A stretch of 64,000 nucleotides of DNA, from NCBI GenBank assembly GCA_035370245.1, contig DAOOVO010000002.1, forward strand, positions 1-64,000, written 5' to 3'. The notes beneath the pieces were generated by a model. The model saw nothing but the letters and a program-made list of their open reading frames with translations. It searched no databases and was not told the DNA's origin. The DNA comes from Pseudobacteroides sp. (lineage in GTDB: Bacteria > Bacillota > Clostridia > Acetivibrionales > DSM-2933). Shown here one piece after another: positions 20,441 through 27,153 of the stretch; the stretch's first letter is position 1, and each line of letters starts with the position of its first letter. Made by a program: the position numbers and the translations under genes.

Positions 20441-21880
20441 TTATTCTACCTTAACCCAACCTTTTTTTATATTTTCCGTCATAAACTTATTGAGCAGCTC
20501 AAATATCTGCTCCCTGTTGTTTGATACCCTCATATCACGTTGAAGAGGTTCCTTCCTGTCTGAGCTGAAATTGGTATAATGCAGTACATATGCCGGGTAT
20601 CTGTCGTCAATCTCTTCCTTGTTTGTTTTCCAAACAACAAACTTCTGTACCATGAGCTTGCCCTTGCTCTCTTTTTTATAGACTTCCCTGAACTGAAGCT
20701 CGCTTTTAGGCAGCTCCGCTCCACTGTCTTCCTTCCCCAATTCAGGCAAATAAGTGACATCCGATAATTGTGAGAGTCTTAAGTTTTGCGGGTCAGCGGT
20801 TTTATCATGTCTTAATCTTACAAAAATGGGATAAATAAAGCTAATGCCTTTATTAAATGACTTGAGCTTATATTTTCCATCACTGATTTCAAGCATTGGG
20901 TTTGTTATTAATGTATTTCCCGATTCAAACAAAACATCATTGTAGCTTATTTCAATTATCGTTTCAGGTTTAACCATCCTGAATGCCACATGATTGGAAT
21001 CCGTTTCAATATAGTCGGAATCAATCACCATGTCCGACAGCTTAGAGAGTAATTCTTTTTTAAGCTCTTCACTAAAGCCGTTTCCTGTCTTTCCTACAAT
21101 CTGATACTCGTTATCTCCCGTCATAAGTGCAAGAAGCAGTGTCCTTATCTGGCCTTTACTGTCACCTACACCTTCAGTGTAGCCCACTATTACAACATCA
21201 ATATTATGCTTTGGCTTAATCTTATATACAAGGGGAAGATCTGATCTTACAACAAGACCTTCGGAGCAATCCTCCTCCACCCACTTTTTATATACATCCT
21301 TCAGCTCAGCTTTGGAAGCTGCCTCTTTATATGCTACAGGCTTTACATTAGCACCATCCTTAAATATTTCAGAAAGCTTTTCATGTATTTCATTGTAGCC
21401 CTTAACCTTTGGGGAGGCACCATCTATCTCAATAATATCAAAAGGTGCCAGTTTAAGCTTTCCTATTTCCGCCTCCTTTGCAAGTGTGGACAGCACATCA
21501 AAGACCCTTGTTCTGCCTTCGTCCTCGCAAAGATAAAGCTCGGCAGGAATTATTGCAGATGATATGCCTGCACTTTTTAAAAGCTTTCCGGCTTCCTCGG
21601 TACATGGAAGACCATATCTTAGAGTCCCGCCTGTATTAACAATAAAAGTGTCTTCGCCGTTGTAAAATATAACACTCATTTCACCGTCATATTTTCTTGT
21701 GATATAAAATTTCTCTCCTGCAACCCTGAAATCTATTTGCTCAGGGTTTATCGCTATAAAGTTTTTACATACATTTTTCTTGTAATCGGAAGCAACCTTT
21801 GCAGTTGCCTCATCAACTGCATTTACTGAACCCTCTAAATAGCCGTAGCTTTTATTGAGCTTGGATTTATCCAGTATCAT
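20441..21880 (-). CDS. ATP-dependent DNA ligase-like nucleotidyltransferase
   Basis: motif I 'RKYDGE' (KxDG), motif III 'PAELYL', motif IV 'EGLVVRS', motif V 'DVVIVGYTEGVGDSKGQIRTLLLA'. Confidence 0.65.
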   Translation of the reverse strand: MILDKSKLNKSYGYLEGSVNAVDEATAKVASDYKKNVCKNFIAINPEQIDFRVAGEKFYITRKYDGEMSVIFYNGEDTFIVNTGGTLRYGLPCTEEAGKLLKSAGISSAIIPAELYLCEDEGRTRVFDVLSTLAKEAEIGKLKLAPFDIIEIDGASPKVKGYNEIHEKLSEIFKDGANVKPVAYKEAASKAELKDVYKKWVEEDCSEGLVVRSDLPLVYKIKPKHNIDVVIVGYTEGVGDSKGQIRTLLLALMTGDNEYQIVGKTGNGFSEELKKELLSKLSDMVIDSDYIETDSNHVAFRMVKPETIIEISYNDVLFESGNTLITNPMLEISDGKYKLKSFNKGISFIYPIFVRLRHDKTADPQNLRLSQLSDVTYLPELGKEDSGAELPKSELQFREVYKKESKGKLMVQKFVVWKTNKEEIDDRYPAYVLHYTNFSSDRKEPLQRDMRVSNNREQIFELLNKFMTENIKKGWVKVE

Positions 21881-21882
21881 AC

Positions 21883-22578
21883 CTATACCCCCTTAAGTTC
21901 CATGTTTGTGAGATGGAGTATGAGGCAATACTTATCTCCATCAATCCGACCTTCTAAAAATCCCCTGTAAGGCACTCCTCCAGTTGTAAGAACAACAGGA
22001 TCGATACCCTTCTTTCCTCCTCCAACAAACATGAGGGAGTTGGACTCATGAAGGCTCTTTGCCATATCATACAGATAATCATATGTAAGACCGTTAACAT
22101 GCTTTATCTGATATTTTCTTGTAAAAACGAATTTTCTTATTGCCTGTTCCTTTGGAAACTTTTTACCCGTCCATTGAAGGGGAATTTCTCCCAATATATT
22201 GGCTTCCGTCTTTGAAAGATCCCTTCTCAATTTCTCGGTACCGTCAGGGTTCTTTACAACTTCAACAAGATTAACCCTGTATACTATTTTATTGTCCTTG
22301 CCTATGTATAATTTCTTTGTCCCGCTTACAAATCTGCCTGTCCTTTCCATATCTATTTCGGGATCGCCTTTAATAATCTCTTCCCCAAGTTTCACAAGGT
22401 CTCCGTATTTTTCTACAAGATACTCCTCACTTATTTCCAAAAGACCTTTTAATATCTTCACAGTTTTCTTTGGAGACCCATCCTTCAGCACATAATTTAT
22501 TTTGCTTTTTCTAGGAGTATTGTCCATGCCGACTACAGCGTCTCTCTTTTTCTCGTTAGATATATTTAATGACCTCAT
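21883..22578 (-). CDS. hypothetical protein (231 aa), second gene of operon
   Basis: ORF 3 bp upstream of ligase-like gene; no family recognised. Confidence 0.45.
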   Translation of the reverse strand: MRSLNISNEKKRDAVVGMDNTPRKSKINYVLKDGSPKKTVKILKGLLEISEEYLVEKYGDLVKLGEEIIKGDPEIDMERTGRFVSGTKKLYIGKDNKIVYRVNLVEVVKNPDGTEKLRRDLSKTEANILGEIPLQWTGKKFPKEQAIRKFVFTRKYQIKHVNGLTYDYLYDMAKSLHESNSLMFVGGGKKGIDPVVLTTGGVPYRGFLEGRIDGDKYCLILHLTNMELKGV

Positions 22579-22592
22579 ATATTAAGTCCTCC

Positions 22593-23204
22593 TCACATCA
22601 TACTAAAGTCGATATCCAGTTCTTCGGAGAATTCTTCGTCCTCTTCCACCGCATCCAAATAGCCGGCTTGTTCAAGGCCTATAAAGGCAAACTCGCAAGG
22701 CGACCCCACCAGAACAAATGCTTTTCCGTCATTTTGGAGTATGAATGCCTGACTGCTCTCATATCCGTCACGATAATTGAATGAAAATGTATATATTTTA
22801 TCTGATATTTCTTTAATAAAATCTGGATTTTCGTCTGCTCCACAAAGTTCATAAACTGTAGTTATCTGGTAGTCTAAAAACTCTTCTACTGTCACTGTTT
22901 CCGCCAACTCGATTACACCGGAAAAACTTGATGGAATAAGAGTTGCAGGATTGCCGTCACTATCTACTGCAACAAGTTCAGACCTTTCTACCCATTCATT
23001 TGACTGGTTTAAAATCCCTAGTCCTATGCAGCCTTTCGGAATTATGGCCGTACCTGATTCATCAACGCTAACCAGCTTGCATTCATTTCCGTCATCATCC
23101 AATGCAACAGTCTCCGTCCATCCATAAATCTTCTTTCTATCCACCTTATCTGGAGAGAATGAATATACACTGTCTCCCAGTTTAAACTGAAGTTCCCTTG
23201 CCAT
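22593..23204 (-). CDS. acidic hypothetical protein (203 aa), first gene of operon
   Basis: ORF 15 bp upstream of next gene; preceded by ~250-bp AT-rich promoter region. Confidence 0.45.
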   Translation of the reverse strand: MARELQFKLGDSVYSFSPDKVDRKKIYGWTETVALDDDGNECKLVSVDESGTAIIPKGCIGLGILNQSNEWVERSELVAVDSDGNPATLIPSSFSGVIELAETVTVEEFLDYQITTVYELCGADENPDFIKEISDKIYTFSFNYRDGYESSQAFILQNDGKAFVLVGSPCEFAFIGLEQAGYLDAVEEDEEFSEELDIDFSMM

Positions 23205-23373
23205 TACTTGGCCCCCTTTAATCTCGCATGATATATATTATTTTAGCAGTATGAACTGCAGTCTGTAAATAAGAGGTAGAGGAATTTACCCTTGACAATA
23301 CCTTTTACAAGACTGGTATAATTATATATAAATTTATTCATTATTCATGCATATTAAATGCGATAAATCTTTT

Positions 23374-23413
23374 ACAGTTATCTTCTGCTAATTGTATGAT
23401 TAAGAACGTATTT
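23374..23413. promoter_or_regulatory. conserved palindromic promoter/operator-like motif, copy 3 (ACAGTTA-TCTTCTGC-TAATTGT-ATGATTAAGAACGTATTT)
   Basis: one of three near-identical ~40-bp elements in the window; divergent region between 9-gene operon and arsC-like gene. Confidence 0.4.
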
Positions 23414-23459
23414 AATATACATATAAATCTATTAATTTTTCATACAGGAAAGGAAATTT

Positions 23460-23798
23460 ATGAACATACAGATATATGCCTTAAGAAAATGCTTCGATAC
23501 ACAAAAGGCGGAGCGGTATTTCAAGGAAAGGAAAATAAAATACCAGTTAATAGATCTTGCAAAATACGGTCTTAGTAAAGGTGAATTTGAGAGCGTAAAA
23601 AAAGCTGTAGGACTTGCAGAGCTTATTAATGACAAATGCAAGGAATATGAAACATTAAACATGCAGAGGCTTGGGACGGGCAAAGTAGCTGAAGAAGTAC
23701 TTTTTAAAAATCCCAAGCTCTATAGATCTCCAATAGTAAGAAACGGAAAACAAGCAACCGTTGGATACAAACCCGAAGTTTGGAAGGATTGGGAATAA
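23460..23798 (+). CDS. ArsC/Spx/YffB-family thioredoxin-fold protein
   Basis: 112 aa, N-terminal 'IQIYALRKCFDTQKAERYF' single-Cys ArsC-family signature; RBS AGGAAAGGAAA. Confidence 0.65.
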   Translation: MNIQIYALRKCFDTQKAERYFKERKIKYQLIDLAKYGLSKGEFESVKKAVGLAELINDKCKEYETLNMQRLGTGKVAEEVLFKNPKLYRSPIVRNGKQATVGYKPEVWKDWE

Positions 23799-23822
23799 GG
23801 CTATGGGCACCAGCGACTCCTC

Positions 23823-25079
23823 TCAATACCCTGCAAGCAAATCATCCAAAGTATCCCTTCTCCTAATAAGCCTGTCTGAACCATCTTGGCAAATAAGGAC
23901 TTCCGCTGGTCTAAGTCTTAAATTATAGTTGGAGCACATGGAATATCCGTAAGCTCCGGAATCTAGAACCGCCATAATATCCCCTTCAATAATGTCATCA
24001 GGGATTTCTCTGTCCTTTGCAAGTATATCCCCTGTCTCGCATATATTTCCAACAATTGTTGCAGTGCTATTTTTCCCTTTATCAAGCAATTTTCCGTTCC
24101 TTAAAAATTCAATTTCATGATATGAATCATACATTACCGGCCTCATGAGTACATTAAATCCTATATCCGTTCCTACGTACCTCTTACCGTAGTTTGTTTT
24201 AATGCTGTGGACCGTTCCCAATAAAACACCGCACTCGGCAGCAATATACCTTCCCGGCTCTATTTTTATTTGTACTTCTCTGCCATAATCCTTCATCCAT
24301 TCAATTAATATACTTTCCAGCTCATGTGATACCGAAGAAATGTCAAGTCTCTTTTCCTGACTTTGCTTTCTATAAGGTATTCCAAAGCCTCCACCCATAT
24401 CGACAAACTCAAGATCCGGAAACTTTTCGGCAATAGCCAGCAATGATTTAACCCCTTCTATATAAGGCTTCCCGTCTAAGAATAAGGATCCTATATGTTG
24501 GTTAACTCCTACAATCTTCAGTGAGTATTTTGCCGCTATTTGCTTTACTTCCTCTATATAAGAGCTGTCAATTCCAAACTTTGTTTTGTTTCCTGCCGTA
24601 ACTACTTTTTCATGATGGCCCGCACCTACTCCGGGATTGAACCTCAATGAAACCCTGCCTCCCTTATTTATTTTCCCGAATGTCTCAAGCTGGGATAATG
24701 AATCCACACTGACAAGTACGCCGTTATCTACGGCAAATTTCATTTCATCAGCAGATACATTGTTGCCCACATAAAAAATTTGAGAAGGCTTAAATCCTGC
24801 CTTTAGCAGTACATAGATTTCTCCCGGAGACATGGCATCCGCATTGAGGCCCTCATCCCTTACAATCTTCAAAAGTTCTAAATTGGAATTGGCCTTAATT
24901 GAATAGTTTGCAACAAACCAGGGATACTTCAAAAAGTTTTTCATTTCCCTGCATCTGTTTCTAAGAGTCCTTTCATCGTATATATAAAGAGGGCTCCCAT
25001 ATTTTTCGATGAGCTTTTGCACATCAACACTATTGTAAAAATCGTAATCAAACATTTCATTTGAATAATTATTGTTCAT
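23823..25079 (-). CDS. PLP-dependent Orn/DAP/Arg-family decarboxylase (diaminopimelate decarboxylase-like)
   Basis: PLP-lysine 'YSIKANSN', 'GGGFGIPY', 'CETGD' substrate-loop motif; RBS GGAGATAAGGAAA. Confidence 0.75.
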   Translation of the reverse strand: MNNNYSNEMFDYDFYNSVDVQKLIEKYGSPLYIYDERTLRNRCREMKNFLKYPWFVANYSIKANSNLELLKIVRDEGLNADAMSPGEIYVLLKAGFKPSQIFYVGNNVSADEMKFAVDNGVLVSVDSLSQLETFGKINKGGRVSLRFNPGVGAGHHEKVVTAGNKTKFGIDSSYIEEVKQIAAKYSLKIVGVNQHIGSLFLDGKPYIEGVKSLLAIAEKFPDLEFVDMGGGFGIPYRKQSQEKRLDISSVSHELESILIEWMKDYGREVQIKIEPGRYIAAECGVLLGTVHSIKTNYGKRYVGTDIGFNVLMRPVMYDSYHEIEFLRNGKLLDKGKNSTATIVGNICETGDILAKDREIPDDIIEGDIMAVLDSGAYGYSMCSNYNLRLRPAEVLICQDGSDRLIRRRDTLDDLLAGY

Positions 25080-25806
25080 TTTCCTTATCTCCTTCCGCTC
25101 TCAATTCAACTCCTACTCCCAGCTGTGCAAGCTTAATTTCATTTTTCAAAGAATCCTTTATGAGCTCAACCAACGGCTTGTTTTTAGAATAAAGGCAGGT
25201 ATCATTCTCACTTTCGGTTATGCTTCCCGTTAAGACATTGGCAGAATCTGCAATAATCCTGATTTGGCCGGGAGCTTTGGCTTTATGATGAATTATAGTC
25301 CCATCAATATCAAGCTTTCCCGATGCTATAGCCACCACCTTGACTCCTCTTTTCACGGCATTTTGAATCTCATTTATAATGTAAGCAAACTCATTGTCGC
25401 TCATTGATATATATACTCTTTCCTTTGCTTCATCAATTATGTTTTTCATTTTGTCCAGTATATGCTTAAATCCTGTAATTGTTATATATGGTTCATAGGG
25501 CTCCGGACCTTTAGGGCATTCCCTTTTTATGATTTCTATAACCTCTTCCATATAACTTAAAACATTTTTACAATATTCATCTACCGGCATGGATATATAA
25601 TGGGGGACGCTTCTCTCCACCAGGTATGCAGCACCCTTTTCAACAAGAGCCGCCAATGCCTGGTACGCATTAGCCCTCGGTATCCCTGTTACCTTTGCCG
25701 CTTCATATCCTGTAAGCTCACCTTCCCTGCAAAGGGCTATGTAAAGCTCGGATTCATGCCTGGTTAATCCTGTTTTCATAAGGCATTCTATTAAATTCAA
25801 TTTCAT
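25069..25806 (-). CDS. TrmB-family HTH transcriptional regulator
   Basis: N-terminal winged HTH 'LTRHESELYIALCREGELTGYEAAKVTGIPRANAYQALAALVEKG'; overlaps decarboxylase start by 11 nt; ATG start chosen over upstream TTG. Confidence 0.55.
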   Translation of the reverse strand: MKLNLIECLMKTGLTRHESELYIALCREGELTGYEAAKVTGIPRANAYQALAALVEKGAAYLVERSVPHYISMPVDEYCKNVLSYMEEVIEIIKRECPKGPEPYEPYITITGFKHILDKMKNIIDEAKERVYISMSDNEFAYIINEIQNAVKRGVKVVAIASGKLDIDGTIIHHKAKAPGQIRIIADSANVLTGSITESENDTCLYSKNKPLVELIKDSLKNEIKLAQLGVGVELRAEGDKENEQ

Positions 25807-25818
25807 CACCCTTGGCAA

Positions 25819-25849
25819 GATAATAGTAGTATTAATTACTACTACTATC
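25819..25849. promoter_or_regulatory. 31-bp near-perfect palindrome GATAATAGTAGTA-TTAAT-TACTACTACTATC abutting the TrmB-like gene start
   Basis: 12/13 matching arms; position consistent with an autoregulatory operator. Confidence 0.5.
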
Positions 25850-25990
25850 TTATCAAATATATATTCAAAATGTCAATAATATATGGCAAACATAGAACTT
25901 TAGTAATTAGACCTTTACCTATAGTAAATAATATATTATAATTAAATTATCCCATATTCTCTATATATTTGTATAAACTTTACGTAATTA

Positions 25991-26773
25991 ATGATTAAAT
26001 TTGAGCATGACCCTGCAAACAACCAATGGGGTCAGGCAAAAATACTTGATTATTCCTGCTTAGAAAGCGGCATTTATGAAGGATATAGCCTTTATATATC
26101 AAAAGGAGGGTATTTAGCATACTCTACATCAGACAGCAAAGGAACAAAATGGACAAACATCAAATCTCCAAGCCCTTTGTCTCCCTATGACTGGCATCAT
26201 GTAGCAGTAACTTATGGTAATAATTCAATTAACTTGTATGTCGATGGCGTTAAGGTTAATAGCATAACATATACAGATGGATATAAAAAACCGGCAGGTA
26301 AAGTTCATATCGGAAGTCAGTTAAGGAAAAACGGAGAAGTTTACTGTCCTTACACAGGATTATTGGATGAGGTTTCATACTATCATGATATATTGACTGA
26401 CAATGAAATCAAAAGAGATTATGAAGCATTTAAAACTAGATGTATTGTTTCCGATGACTCAACAATAGGCACTGTTCCATACTCTGGTGGATATTATGCA
26501 TACTCAATGATTAAAACAAATACCGCACGTCTTTATAACTATGGAGTTTTAGAAATGGTAACCACAACTAGAAAAGCATGTCCTGTGTCAATGCTTGTCG
26601 TTTCTTCAACAAACTATGCTGAAATATTGGATGCTGCGGGTAACGTAATTTATACAACTGCAAGAAAAATATATGTAGTAGGAACACCGGAAATGAGTGA
26701 AAGAACAGATACATATTATGAAAACATTCCTGCAGATATTTTATCAAAGGCAGTTTATGTCAGAGCATATTAA
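25991..26773 (+). CDS. LamG/concanavalin-A-like lectin domain protein (no signal peptide)
   Basis: 'WHHVAVTYGNNSINLYVDGVKVNS' laminin-G_3 type core; followed by terminator. Confidence 0.55.
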   Translation: MIKFEHDPANNQWGQAKILDYSCLESGIYEGYSLYISKGGYLAYSTSDSKGTKWTNIKSPSPLSPYDWHHVAVTYGNNSINLYVDGVKVNSITYTDGYKKPAGKVHIGSQLRKNGEVYCPYTGLLDEVSYYHDILTDNEIKRDYEAFKTRCIVSDDSTIGTVPYSGGYYAYSMIKTNTARLYNYGVLEMVTTTRKACPVSMLVVSSTNYAEILDAAGNVIYTTARKIYVVGTPEMSERTDTYYENIPADILSKAVYVRAY

Positions 26774-26806
26774 GCTTATTTAAGTATACTCAAAAACAAG
26801 ACAAGG

Positions 26807-26856
26807 GTGTTGCAAAACTACTTAAAAAAGTAGTCGAACAACACTCTCTTTTATTG
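26807..26856 (+). terminator. Rho-independent terminator after LamG-like gene
   Basis: GTGTTGCAAAACTACTT-aaaaa-AGTAGTCGAACAACAC then TCTCTTTTATT. Confidence 0.55.
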
Positions 26857-27153
26857 CTATAAAGTAAAACTGACACCGAAAATCCATTTTTTATATTAAT
26901 TTTCCGTATCGCTCCTAATTTGGAGTACACTTAATAAACCTATATACTTTTTCGGAAAAACTAAGCCGATTTTACTTGATGAAGATCATTGCAACAGCCC
27001 TTTTAATAATGGTATCTACAACTACCTGTGTTTATTCATCTATAAGCTCTCTTTTTTTACCCTTTCCATTTTTCAATTGCCCTATAGACTTCAATAATTC
27101 TTTATAGTATTTGGGATTACTTCTTACATATAAATCACCTCAATATTATATAT

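Noticed and set aside
26857-27153. Non-coding stretch with short stop-interrupted reading frames downstream of the P-type ATPase
   Set aside because: No intact ORF, RBS or recognisable motif; likely degraded remnant or plain intergenic DNA.
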